Assembly: GCF_036365525.1 (NCBI RefSeq)
Contig: NC_090395.1
Span: forward strand, 61,331,805 to 61,395,804
Reading direction: 5' to 3'
Source of the DNA: Heterodontus francisci
Taxonomy: Eukaryota
Length of the DNA: 64,000 nucleotides
Position numbers and translations under genes: made by a program
The notes under the pieces: model-generated
The model's input: only the letters and a program-made list of their open reading frames with translations
Told to the model about the DNA's origin: nothing
The model's database searches: none
In this document: in pieces, positions 11,948 through 23,368 of the stretch
Layout of the letters: every line of letters begins with the position of its first letter
How positions within the stretch are numbered: position 1 is the first letter of the stretch

Positions 11948-13281
11948 GTCAGATGGTTTCACAGGTCGGCGCAACATCGAGGGCCAAAGGGCCTGTACTG
12001 CGCTGTAATGTTCTAATTCTAAGTTCCATATTCAGACAAGGTCATGTAAATACAGAAGTTTTGGTTTCTGAAAGAAACCTAAGGGATCAGCCACTGTAGG
12101 CCTGGGATGTGATTTTACTCAATGCTCAATTATCTTAAGCAATCTTATCAGACTGAAACTGAATGATATCTGCCAAGTTCAGAGGCCCGCGGAGCTCCAA
12201 AATAAGCTACAGGCACCAGTTTAAAATGTTAAACTAAATGGTGTTGATGGCCTCTAATAAAAAGACTTTAATGGCAATTTGTAACTGGAGTTGTGGAAAG
12301 CTAATGACCCAGACAAGACTGAAACTGAAAATTAGGAAGGCCTTTAAATTTAAACGAAGAGTGTTGGTGGAAGAAGGGCAGGAATTTTTGAGCGGATCCA
12401 GAACTTTAGACCAGGGATCTGCTCACATTGCTCTTCTTTTGGGTTCTCTGCCCTCATTTGCTGTCAGAGAGAGATGCACCCAGCTAGTGTTTACTGCAGC
12501 AATGCAAATGTGCAGATTCATATTGCATGGAGTCATCCCTCCTCAAGTCTGTCGTTTGTACCCTTCCCTTTACTCATGCAAACTACTCTAGGATTAAAGT
12601 AACAATTTTTCTGTTGGTCTTAGAGACAAGGGGTAACTGGTTTCTTAAAGAAGAACTGCATGACTATCGTCCTTCAAAAGCTTCAGGTAGCTGTAATTTT
12701 TGTTTGCCTAGGGCAACCTTGAAAAAATTCTCGAACCAGTGAGAGTTTAAGCTTCATTTTGCGGATTCCTAAGGAAGTGCATTTCCAGTAAGAAAACTTT
12801 GGAAAAGTGTTCAAAGGAATGTGTCAATATTAATTTATCAGCAGCGTTATCTGAGTGAAATAAAAATAAAAGCTTTTGATATACTTTACATTGCACAGTA
12901 CTCCAGTAGTAAAAGAACTCCCAGCGTTACAATGTTACCAGTTATATAATGCATATTTTCAATTCCAGTCATTCCTATCCATAATAACCCTTCAATTAAG
13001 GAACAGGTTTACTCTCCCTTACATCAGGTCAACATCACCGGTCAATAACGTGAACTGGAACCAGCAACTCAAACTCAGAAATGGTTTCAGAACAAGGCTC
13101 TTGTGATCCACCTCCTCTTTACTTGTGCCCCTTAGCAGATATGATTTCTCATATTTTTGGGATCTGTCTTCACAGACCTTTGGATTTGGGATGTTGCTGG
13201 AGCTACATATAGGCCTGTCAGCAGCAAAGCCATGGTGCTCACTCCTGACCTCTTAGAAAGCTGCCCACGAAGATCTAGTGA

Positions 13282-13959
13282 TCACTCTGGATTTCCCCTT
13301 TCCTGACAATAGTTTGAATCTGGCACCAAGTCAAGGGGATCTCCAAGTATCTATCAGTACTGATGTCATCATGCAGGGTAAGCAGCCAATCACAGTGATG
13401 TATGCTCACAGACAGCAAACCAAGTATTAAAAAGCACTGAATCCCTTCGCTTTCCATTTTAAAATTTTTACAGATAGCAAAATAAGTAATTGGGACATAC
13501 ACATAGGTTTAAGGTGGAAGCTAAAATATCATAAACAAACTTTCAAAACATTTTTAAAATGTGTAATTTATCATAATGGAGACATTTGACACTCAACGGA
13601 TATAAAATTACTCTTTCAGAGCCAGTGAGGTTTTTTAGCAGCAATTATGAACGTAGCCCGCTCTTAAAAACCCAGTCACACCTCATTCAACAAGGCGTAA
13701 CTTTTTCAGGGGCTTTTGCTATGAGACTAGTAGCATAAGAGTGGAAGTTCTCATCAGTTCAATGATTTCCCATTGATTGCATTCTGGGGGAACCTCAACA
13801 GTGCACTCTATAGAGAAGAGTAGAATTACCAACAGCAACATCTGGAGTTCTGCGTTTAACTACGCATATGTGGACTCCAGAGGTTACTACCAGTTTTACA
13901 GTAGTAATGACAGTGAACACTGGCAGTTTTGTCATCATTGTTATTACAAAATCCACGGC
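13282..13959. mobile_element. Probable non-autonomous DNA transposon
   Basis: Starts cactctggatttcc and ends ttacaaaatccacggc, resembling the GGATTTT-type termini of the MITEs here. No coding capacity. Confidence 0.35.
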
Positions 13960-14138
13960 TAGGTTAATTAAATAGGTATTGGGATTGTAGCTCTTGACAA
14001 AAAGTTAATGAGTAACTCCAGTTTAAAAAAGAATCACAAATGTCCAAATTTCTTCTACAAATTATCTTCATGGTTACAATGCTATTACAACTCCTCAATT
14101 CAGTCAGTCCCACTATTGAACATCTAATATATTCTTAT

Positions 14139-14370
14139 CATAGAATCAAAGAATGGTTACAGCACAGAAGGACGTCGTTCGGCCCATCAAGTCCATGCCA
14201 ACTTCCTGCAAGAGTAATTTAGTGAATCCCACTCCCCCACCCTTTTTTCTCTTCAGTTGATTATCCAATCCGCTTTTGAAAACCACAGTTGAATCTACCT
14301 CCACCACACTCTCAGACAGTGAATTCCAGATCCTAACCACTTGCTGCATAAAAAAGTATTTCCTTATATT
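14139..14370 (-). mobile_element. CR1 3' end fragment
   Basis: ORF 14146-14349 reads VVRIWNSLSESVVEVDSTVVFKSGLD; catagaat tail. Confidence 0.75.
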
Positions 14371-14394
14371 GCAATATATTCTATATATTTTTGG

Positions 14395-14740
14395 AAGCTC
14401 CCTTGATGGTTAAACTGTCTTATCCCAGTAGTAGCTGATCTATAAGCAAGCAGGATATCCCTGGTTCAATCCCAAATCTGCACTGAGTTTTGCCAGCACG
14501 TGTGATGACAGAGGTTTGGACCAGTGAGGGGAAAAATCAAAATTACTCTGAATTAGTATCTAGTGACCAATGGTAGAAGGACAATTATGGGTGTCAGTTG
14601 AGGACAGCAGCTTGTCATGCCCCATATGAACCAAAGAACCTGCTGATGCTCCCCGTCAAAGCTCATAAATGAATAATGTTCACTTAAGAGAATTGCTGCA
14701 CTGTTACCAGCAGTCACAGAATCACACCCCAAGATGTAAA
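14395..14740 (+). mobile_element. Old tRNA-derived SINE (family also at about 21535-21900 and 48480-48730)
   Basis: B-box-like ggttcaatccc followed by ...ctgcactgagtt..., collinear similarity to 21535-21900. Family not assigned. Confidence 0.4.
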
Positions 14741-14754
14741 TTTGCCTTTATAAA

Positions 14755-15365
14755 TAAAGACACGGCGTACAAAAGCAAGGAAGTTATGCCAAATGTTTAT
14801 AAAACACTGGTTAGGTCCCAGCTGGAGTATTGTTTTCAATTCTGAGTACCACACTTTAGGAAGGATGGCAAGACCTTGGAGAGGGTGCAGAAGAGATTTA
14901 CTAGGTTGGTACCAGAGAAGAAAGATTTCAGTTATATGGAGAGAGTGGGGAAACTGGGTATGTTCTACTCAGATCAGTGAAGGATAAGAGGGGATTTGAT
15001 AGAGATGATAAAAATCATGACTGGTTTTGACAGAGTAAATTAGGAGAAACTGTTTCAAATGGCAGAAGGGTCAGTAACCAGAAGATACAGACTTAAGGTG
15101 ATTGGCCAAAGAACTAGAGGTGACATGATGAAAGAAAGAATTTACACCAATGATCTGGAATGCATTGTCTCAGAGCCTGGAGGAACCAGATTCAACAATG
15201 AGCTTCAGTAAGGAAATTAGATAAATACTTGAAGGGAAAGCATTTACAGGGCTATAGAGAAAGAGCAAGGGAAGACGACTAATTGGATAGCTCTTTCAAA
15301 AAGCCAGCACCGGCTCGATGGGCCGAGCGATCTCCTGCTGTGCTGTATCAATCTATGATTGTATG
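14755..15365 (+). mobile_element. CR1 3' fragment immediately upstream of SLRP coding exon 1
   Basis: tataaaacactggttaggtcccagctggagtattg (YKTLVRxxLEYC), gggccgagcg...ctgtgctgta terminus and tctatgatt tail. Confidence 0.8.
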
Positions 15366-15481
15366 TGGCACAATATTTTTGTAATAGTTTAATAAAAGTA
15401 AACTGCATTTCTCATTTGCAGAATTAAAATATTTCCGAACACCTTTTCCAAGGATCTCCTGAAACTATGCATTCTATACAA

Positions 15482-16103
15482 ATGGATGTCAAGTTTGTTC
15501 ACGCCCTAATAACATTAGTCTCTATTGTACAGTGTACAAATGGCTAGCCTGACTACGGTGGGATACCAGTTTTATTTAACAACGAAGAAGGAGATCCCAC
15601 GGTGTTGTCACTCAGTGGAAGAATCACTTCTGACTACTTCAGATACTTTGGTATTGAAGATTATCCTTTAGAATGTGACTGTCTTATCCATTGGCCCACT
15701 GCAATGTTTTGTGATAACAGGGCACTGCTGTATGTACCATTGATGTTGCCATTTAGAAGCCAGTATCTGTACATCCAAGGCAATTGCATCCAGCACCTTC
15801 CTGAAGGGGGTTTCAAGAACACGACTGCCCTAAAATGGATGATCTTGGACAGAAACAACATTAGTAGTAAGAATATTGGTAAAGACGTGTTTTGTAGTCT
15901 TAACCAACTTGAAAATCTGTACATGAATTACAATAACTTGATAGAGGTACCAGCACAACTACCTCGCAGCTTAAAACAGCTGAGACTGGCACACAATAGA
16001 TTTAAAAAGCTCTCCCAAGAACCATTTGAAAACCTAGAGAATTTAGTGATGTTACTGCTTCATGGCAATCAACTGACAACAATCAATGGCGGTGATATGA
16101 AAG
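15482..16103 (+). CDS. SLRP pseudogene coding exon 1 (signal peptide, Cys cap, LRR1-5), with in-frame TAG at 15545-15547
   Basis: Acceptor tttctcatttgcag ends at 15421. ATG 15482 (another in-frame ATG at 15467) gives MDVKFVHALITLVSIVQCTNG*PDYGGIP..., in frame with ORF 15602-16156. LRRs QYLYIQGN, KWMILDRN, ENLYMNYN, KQLRLAHN, VMLLLHGN. Donor AAG|gtgaaa after 16103. Confidence 0.88.
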
Positions 16104-16339
16104 GTGAAATTAATTTGTTTAATATTAATTTATCACAGAGTTTACTTCACTCTTAATAAAATGTGTAGGTCATTCTCATCACAAGTAAATGGACTTTTGC
16201 AACAAAAAAAAAGCTCTCAATTGAAATAGACTCTCATCAAAAATTGACTCTCCCATTCTCATTGATTAACTAAAATGAATTGGTTAAGCAATCTATTTTA
16301 AATAGAGTGCAACAACAAAAACAACTTGTATTTATAGAG

Positions 16340-17233
16340 ACAAGAAATGCTGGAACCACTCAGCAGGTCTGGCAGCATCTGTGAAAAGAGAAGCAGAGTT
16401 AACATTTCGGGTCAGTGACCCTTCTTCGGAACTGACAAACATTAGAAAAGTCACAGGTTAGAAGCAAGAGAGGTGGGGGTGGGGCAAGAGACAACAAAGG
16501 AGGAGGTGTAGATTGGACAAGGCCACATAGCTGACCAAAAGTTCATGGAACAAAGGCAAACAATATGTTTGCGGAACATCTCCGCTCAGTCCGCAAGCAG
16601 GACCCTGAGCTTCCAGTTGCTTGCCATTTCAACACTCCCCCCTGCTCACATCTCTGTCCTGGGATTGCTGCAGTGTTCCAGTGAACATCAACGCAAGCTC
16701 GAGGAACAGCATCTCATCTACCGATTAGGCACACTACAGCCTGGCGGACTGAACATCGAATTCAATAATTTCAGAGCATGACAGCCCCCCATTTTACTTT
16801 CATTTTTAGTTATTTTTTCTTTTACATTTATTTCATTTCATCTTAGTTTGTTCAGTTTGCTTACCCACTTTTTTTTCAGGTTTGCACTTGCTGCTATTCA
16901 ATATTCAGTCCGTTAACACCTAATCTGTACTAATGCTTTGTCTTTCAACACACCATTAACATATTGTTTGCCTTTGCTCCATGACCTTTTGGTCAGCTAT
17001 GTGGCCTTGTCCAATCTACACCTTCTCCTTTGTTATCTCTTGCCCCACCCCCACCTCACTTGCTTATAACCTGTGACTTTTCTAATATTTGTCAGTTCCG
17101 AAGAAGGGTCACTGACCCGAAATGTTAACTCTGCTTCTCTTTCCACAGATGCTGCCAGACCTGCTGAGTGGTCCTAGCATTTCTTGTTTTTATTTCAGAT
17201 TTCCAGCATCTGCAGTATTTTGCTTTTATTTTA
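16340..17233 (+). mobile_element. Penelope-like element, 5'-truncated with inverted terminal repeat and GIY-YIG C-terminus
   Basis: EHLRSVRKQDPELPVACHFN...HISVLGLLQCSSEHQRKLEEQHLIYRLGTLQPGGLNIEF* (16570-16781). Inverted arms about 16340-16569 and 16958-17187. 14-bp TSD ttgtatttatagag at 16326-16339 and 17234-17247. Confidence 0.9.
17094..17130 (+). ncRNA. Minimal hammerhead-ribozyme-like motif in the Penelope terminal repeat
   Basis: AGTT-CCGAAGA-A-GGGTC act GACCC-GAAA-TGTT-AACT: helix I, core (CUGANGA with U>C), helix II, GAAA, short helix III. Mirror copy on - at 16397-16433. Confidence 0.6.
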
Positions 17234-17292
17234 TTGTATTTATAGAGCATCTTCATCATATTAAAACGTCTCAAGCCGCTGCACATGGGGCA

Positions 17293-18186
17293 TGTCATGC
17301 TAGGCCCCCACCTGCCAAGAATGAGGCACTTTAAATTTTGTCATGAACATTGATCTTTAACTGTTGCTGGAATGAGGAAATGACTTGTTAAATAGATCAG
17401 CCGTGGCTGGAAAAATACATTTGCATATTAACAGACAGTGCTAGGGACCATTTCCTGACACATTCAACTCACAATGGACCTTGATCACCAGATATTGTGG
17501 GTAAGAGGAGCATTCCAGAGACTGCTAAGGTGATACAATCCAGGACTGGTTAGACCAACTGGTCATATGACTAACCGGCTGCTCCAGGGTTTATTGAATT
17601 GGCCACAGAGAGTTTGAACTCAGGAACACTGTTTGTTCCTGGATTGAGAAGATCTCTCTTGTCTGTTCCCAACTCGTTCTCATGGAACTCCAAATACAAT
17701 GAAGACACATGAACCCCAAGAGAGAAAAGTCTCCTACAGCGAACAAGGCTTAAGAATAATACTGGGCCCCAACGAAAAGCAAGATCTTCCTACAATCAAG
17801 AACTCTACAGTGAGCTGGAGGAACTGTAACAAAAACTCTTCAGCTATTGCCTCAAATTTTTCCACTTTATTTTTCTACTGCTCTCTTCTGTCTCTATTTG
17901 CATGCGTGTATCCCGTATGCATGCTAGCGTGGGCATGTCGTGTACCCATAGGCATCAACTGAATTAGAGTTTAAGTTAAAGTTCAATAAATTTCAATCGT
18001 TCTTCTTTAAACCTAAGAAAACCTGTTTGTGCTGGTTTCTTTGCCTTATAATTGGAAAGTGGTGAACAAGGATTCACCAAGGGGGAGCTAAAAACACGGT
18101 GTGTTTAAAAATTAAACCCTGTTACAGTAAGACCAGGTGAAGACTGAAAGGGAACCCCTAGACCTCTTTCGCACCTGGTCGTAACA
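17293..18186 (+). mobile_element. Solo LTR related to the Gypsy element at 52977-58248
   Basis: TGTCATG...GTAACA termini, AATAAA at about 17985, 5-bp TSD gggca (17288-17292, 18187-18191), and collinear similarity to the reverse complement of 57435-58248. Confidence 0.9.
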
Positions 18187-19349
18187 GGGCATTATAAAGC
18201 AAAATATGAGACCGAGCCACATAAGGAGATATTAGGGCAGATGACCAAAAGCTTGGTCAAAGAGGTAGGTTTTATGAAATGTCTCAAAGGAGGAAAGGAG
18301 AGGCAGAGAGGTATAGGGAGCAAATTGCAGAGCTGAGGGCCTTGGCAGCTGAAGGCTCGGCCACCAACGATGGAGCAATTAAAACCGGAGATGCATATGA
18401 GGCCTGAATTAGAGGAGTGCAGATATCTCGGAGGGTTGTGCGGCTGGAGGAGATTACACAGATAGGGAGGGGCGAGGTCATGGAAGGATTTGAAAACAAG
18501 GGTGAGGATTTTAAAATTAAGTCATTGCTTAACTGGGAGCCAGTGTAGTTCAGCGAGCACAGGGGTGATGGGAAAACGGGACTTGGTGTGAGTTAGGCCA
18601 CGGGCAGCAGAACTTTAAATGACCTCAAGTTTATGGAGGGTAGAACATGGAAAGACAGCCAGGAATGCCCAGTAAAATACAAGCATTCGTAAATTAATCA
18701 TCGATTAGGGATCTGGGAGGTAAAATAATTACAGAAATGTTATAATCAACTAATATACAAGCACTGTACAACTTCACAGGATCTGAATGGCACACAAATG
18801 TAAAATTAGTCATCATCACATTATTAGATTACTTCAAATACAAACACAAGCAAATTCAAAAAGTAGCTGCATTAAGGCTTAGAGCAAGGTTTGCTGATTA
18901 AGTAGAGTGGGAGAGGACAGAAAACAGAATTGCAGCAACAGCGAGAGACCCTGCAAGATCTTCTATAATGCAAACAGAGGGATGGAATTCAAGCAGCAAA
19001 GGCACAAGGACAAGACAGCTGAATAAAGCAGAACTTTAATATGTGATGTTTAAATAACCCGAGATACCAAAGACCTTGTTAATATAGTTAATTATGATCC
19101 AACTATCCTACCGTTACATTTGCTGCAGCACACAGGGGGTTTGGATTTCTGGTCAGTTCAAATAAACAATGCTCATTTTCTTCAATATTCTACTTGTGCA
19201 TGTTGGTGAATTAAAATGACACTATAGCTAATTCTGTTTGTGAATCTTGTGTCTTAAGCACCTTGAATAAACACCAGTCTCTTCCACACTACCTGTTTAT
19301 TGTTTGTTGCTAGATCTCTTTCCAATCAGTCATATATTCTAGAAGGTTC

Positions 19350-20050
19350 TTCTTTGCTGTACTTGACTAGGTTATTCTTGGCTTTCCATCGTTCCCTATT
19401 CCATCGGAGAACTATTTCAGCGCATACTGGGGTATTCTGCATTTTTGACAAGTAATCAACCAACCAAGGAGTTTTTGCTTCACAACTTGGCTTACTAACA
19501 GCAGTTTTGTTCTTTTACTGGCTTTCTGGTTTCACAGATTATCTGTACAGCTGATCCTGAGTCAATTGATGCCAAATGTGTCAAGATTTTCTATGTAGAC
19601 TTTGCCATTGTCTAGAGTTGTGTCATGTAGCCAGGTGGATAACATATTGCTATTGTATAGTTTGATTTTTTTGTTTTGGTTTGCTATTTCTGCAAAATTT
19701 ATTTAGCTTGTCGAAAGCAGTACCCATTTTGCCAACTTTATCTGTTGACTCTCCTCCAATGTAGCATTGCTGCATATGGTATGTACACAATAAATGGAGG
19801 TCTATGTTCTGTGTCTCTAAGCTTGATGTTAAAATTAGTATCATCTGTTCCAACTGTCATGTTTTTTTCTCTCCTGAGATATTTTTAGTCAAACCCATTA
19901 CCCAATTTGTTAATGATGTCTGTTTTTCTTTATATTTCTGGCAATAGTGTTACAACAACCACAAAATCTAGATCATCCACTGTTTGCTCCATCTTTTCTC
20001 TGTTTGTGCACATTAGCTGGTCTCCAACGACTCTAAATGTCAGACTCACT
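19350..20050 (-). mobile_element. Degenerate RTE-like LINE fragment
   Basis: Minus-strand peptide KVGKMGTAFDKL resembles the RTE RIGKAxxAFxxL motif; highly decayed. Confidence 0.4.
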
Positions 20051-20789
20051 AGACACATTCCTGCTTTAATTTTAGCCTCCCCCCCACTGCCCTATCTTCC
20101 ACCATAACAAATTACCCATTCTAATAAGTTCCTAAATGATATTTTTTGCTTTCTGCGGAAATTTATATTAGTGTAAAATTACCACAGTACAAGTCCTTCT
20201 TGGTTATCAAAGTGTACTATAAAATAGATGTTAATGATGAAGTTGATATGTGGTTTATTCATGGTTTTGCCAGGTTATGAAAAATGTCAATGCTTTCTAT
20301 ATGTGACTCTGAGTTGCAGTTAATGACTGAATAATGAGGCAGATTGCAGGCAAAAGGATCACTTTAAATTACTGGGAAAGCACTGGAGCCAAAGCAAAAT
20401 AATGTTTGGAATTAGATGGCGTTTTCAGCACATTAATGTAACTAGGATCACAGGTCATTGACCGAATGGAGTCTGAGAGCTTAATCACATTAGCTCTGTT
20501 AATTTACGGCTGGTTTCCTTTTCATTTTCTTATTTTGGTTTCTCTCATTTTCTTCCTACCCTTTCTTAAGGGAGTGACTTAAGCTAAATTGTAGTTCAAG
20601 CAGCAACAGTAGCTTTCTATTACCTTGTCTAAATGACCACTCTTCATATAGAAGACTAGGTAGTGAGTGTCTGCTGGCTACCCAATCATGGAGGATATAG
20701 TGGATTAACCTGTCCTTATGACCAGATATCTACACATACTTGTGGTAAAGGCCATCAAGAGTGGGAATCTTTGGTGATTTTGTTTTGTC

Positions 20790-21215
20790 AGTTTGTCTCC
20801 ATTGTAGCACTCTTGCCTGAGTCACCAGGTTATAGGTTCAAAGATCACTCTAGGACTTGGGTAGGTCATCTAAGCTGCCACTTCAGTGTAGTATTGAGGG
20901 AATGCTACACTGTCACAGCTATCTTTTGGATAAGGTCTTTCTAGATGAATGTAGAAAATCAAACAGCATTATCTGATAAAGAGCAGGGGACTTTCTACTG
21001 ACGTTCAATCCAACATTTATCCCTCAATCAATAAAATAGATTAACTTGTCATTTGTCTCAATTGCTGCTTATGAGATCTTTCGGTGTCCAAATTGGTTGC
21101 TGCAAATACTTGCATAACAATAGTGGCTGCACATCAAAATAAAATCAATCCATTGATTTTAAAGGACTTTGCAATGCTCCATGGCTTGATAAGATGCTCT
21201 ATTAACGCAAGCGCT
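20790..21215 (+). mobile_element. Deu-domain-type SINE (SacSINE1-like), decayed
   Basis: tRNA-like head (gcactcttgcctgagtca...ggttcaa), ccaacatttatccctcaa core and L2-like tail atgctctattaacgcaag. Confidence 0.55.
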
Positions 21216-22236
21216 TTCTTTCATTTCTTCCTACTCTAGTGGCACTGAGGTTTGCAGCATTCCCGTTGTTGCCCAACTGATATTGGGTAACCAAGGAGCA
21301 GAACTTCTGATCTTCTTGGGCTGTGTAGTTTATTACCACATTTCGTGATCAATATACATAGAGCCATGGGGAACAAGATGCTTGATTGACATTTCTAAAG
21401 CAAAGCACATGATTTCACTATTTCAAGGGAAGACAACAAGATAAGTAAACTCCACCAATGGTATGCCTCATTTTTTTTTTAAACTTTAAAGTCATCTGTA
21501 GAATCACTTGTTCTTTTAAAGGCAATTAGATTGGGGATCCCTCAATGGCTTACAGAGTTTATCTATTGAATGATGAGCCTTAGAAACAAAGAAGGCCCCA
21601 AGTTCATTTACTGGTCTGTGCTGAGTTAGATCATCTCAGGTGCAATAGTAAGGACACTATAATTGGCTTCACAGCTACTGGAAAAGAAGTGGGACATTGT
21701 CCAGGATTCCCACCCAGATAACAATCCAGCAAGCCTTGATGGAAATGCATGTGAAGACAGAAATTGATTCATATGTGTTGTCCTCTCTGTTTAAATGACC
21801 TAAAAAAAAAACTTACTGTCAATATCCATATATGAATAATAACTATTTGAGGTACCATGAGGTGCCCGACACTTATGGGACTGTATCCAACAAGGAGAAA
21901 ACACCTTCATGTCAGGAGTGGAGGAGAAAAAAAAAATAAGAGAAAAGATGCTTTTTTCATAGGACATGAAAATGTTCTAGTTACAAGTTATGTAGCTTAC
22001 ATAAAGATGAATAGATGTTAAAAGCTCCAGAGAAGAAAGTTCAATGTTATTGTAACTATGACTGACTGAGGTGATTTTCCAGCAGAAGTCTTCACCTATA
22101 TTTTCAGCCTTTACATTTATTCACAACTGCCTTGATTCCATTATGTTTGAAGTCTATCAGATGACTGAAGTAAGATAAATGGAGCAATACGTTCAATTCT
22201 GAATAGTAACTCATATTTCCCTTTATACCATCACAG

Positions 22237-22551
22237 GATTGAAGTCTCTTATTCACCTGGATTTAAGTTATCAATTGACTGTGTTCCCCAAGAATCTTCC
22301 AGTTACAATCCAGCAACTCTACTGCACCAACAATTTTTTCGAAACGCTTACAGAAGATTATTTTGCACAGTTTCATAGACTCCTTTACCTGCGGTTGAGT
22401 CATAATAAATTTACCATCAAGGGTCTAGCACCAAATAGTTTCAACATCTCCACCCTGATTGAACTGGGCTTGTCCTACAACAATTTGACCTCCATTCCAC
22501 ATGTCCATAAAAACCTCCGATATCACTGATTTGATTGGCTTCCATATAGAG
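22237..22551 (+). CDS. SLRP pseudogene coding exon 2 (LRR6-10), 3' end disrupted by a micro-inversion
   Basis: Acceptor tttccctttataccatcacag ends at 22236, and phase 1 matches exon 1 (G+GA=Gly). Reads LKSLIHLDLSY-QL...LYLRLSHN...IELGLSYNNL...KNLRY. Inverting 22525-22550 restores LYMEANQIS followed by G|ataaga (degenerate gtaaga donor). Confidence 0.88.
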
Positions 22552-22961
22552 ATAAGAAACTTTTATATGTTGCAAAACCCCTTTTTCTGGGAATTTTCTT
22601 GGGCCTTCTCCTGCACCATCACCATAATTTTGGAAGAAGTTTAGCAAAAACTCTGTTGCCTGTCCCCAGTACATTAAATGTACAAATCCTCATTCTTGTC
22701 TTTAGAATCCTGCACAATCTCATCCCAATTTATTTTTGCAACCTCATAATCTGTCCTGGACCTGATGGACATCTTGATGACCAAGGTGGCAAGATTTCCT
22801 ACCTTGATCCTATTTTCTGCAATCTTCCCCACATTCCTCTGCCTCTCCACTTCCATTTTGACCTTTAAAAACCTTCCCAAAACCATTTTTATTCAACAAG
22901 CTTTCAGATGTCTCCCTCCATTGCTCAGTGACCATTTCCTTACTTTCTGTAGAGCACCCAA

Positions 22962-23215
22962 TAGGGAATTCAGGAGAAACTTCTTTATCCAGACAGTGTT
23001 AGCTTGTGGAACTTGCTACTGCAAGGCGTAGTTGAGGTGACTAGTATAGATGCATTTAAGGCGAAACTAGATAAACGCATTAAGGGGAAAGGAATCGTAG
23101 TATAAGTTGATGGGGTTAGATGAAGAAGGTTGGGAGCAGGCTCATGTGGACCGTAAACACTGGCATCATGGACCTGTTGGGCCAAGTAGCCTGTTCACTG
23201 TGCTGTAAGTACTAC
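22962..23215 (+). mobile_element. CR1 3' end fragment
   Basis: EFRRNFFIQ..W, gcatttaaggcgaaactagat and a gggcc...cctgtt...ctgtgctgta terminus. Confidence 0.75.
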
Positions 23216-23368
23216 ATAATACCTTGGTTCATATATATATATATATATATATATGAACCAAGGTATTATGTAGTACTTACAGCACAGTGAACAGGCTACT
23301 TGGCCCAACAGGTCCATGATGCCAGTGTTTACGGTCCACATGAGCCTGCTCCCAACCTTCTTCATCTA
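23117..23368. repeat. Perfect 252-bp palindrome centred on (AT)12
   Basis: 23117-23230 is the exact reverse complement of 23255-23368, and the central 23231-23254 AT run is self-complementary. Confidence 0.95.

Larger units (their letters stand above)
8822..12019 (+). mobile_element. Young 5'-truncated CR1 (HER1-like) LINE with the end of ORF1 and near-complete ORF2
   Basis: Esterase-type ORF1 end, then APE (GVFYRPP, MGDFN, SDH) and RT (NYRPVSLTS, DFSKAFDKV, FADDTK), and a ttcta tail. 7-bp TSD taagttc at 8815-8821 and 12020-12026. Confidence 0.95.
16311..18665 (-). mobile_element. L2 LINE 3' fragment interrupted by a Penelope element and a solo LTR
   Basis: Tail aacaacttgtatttata at 16311-16339, continuing at 17248-17292 and resuming at 18187 with gaccaaaagcttggtcaaagagg and an L2 ORF2 end. 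Confidence 0.75.

Noticed and set aside
15602-16156. ORF as a complete 184-aa LRR protein
   Set aside because: It starts at GTG only because of the upstream TAG, lacks the signal peptide, and reads through the 16103 donor into the intron.
22441-22674. Minus-strand ORF as an antisense gene
   Set aside because: Only the YLYMEANQIS segment is meaningful, and the micro-inversion explains it.
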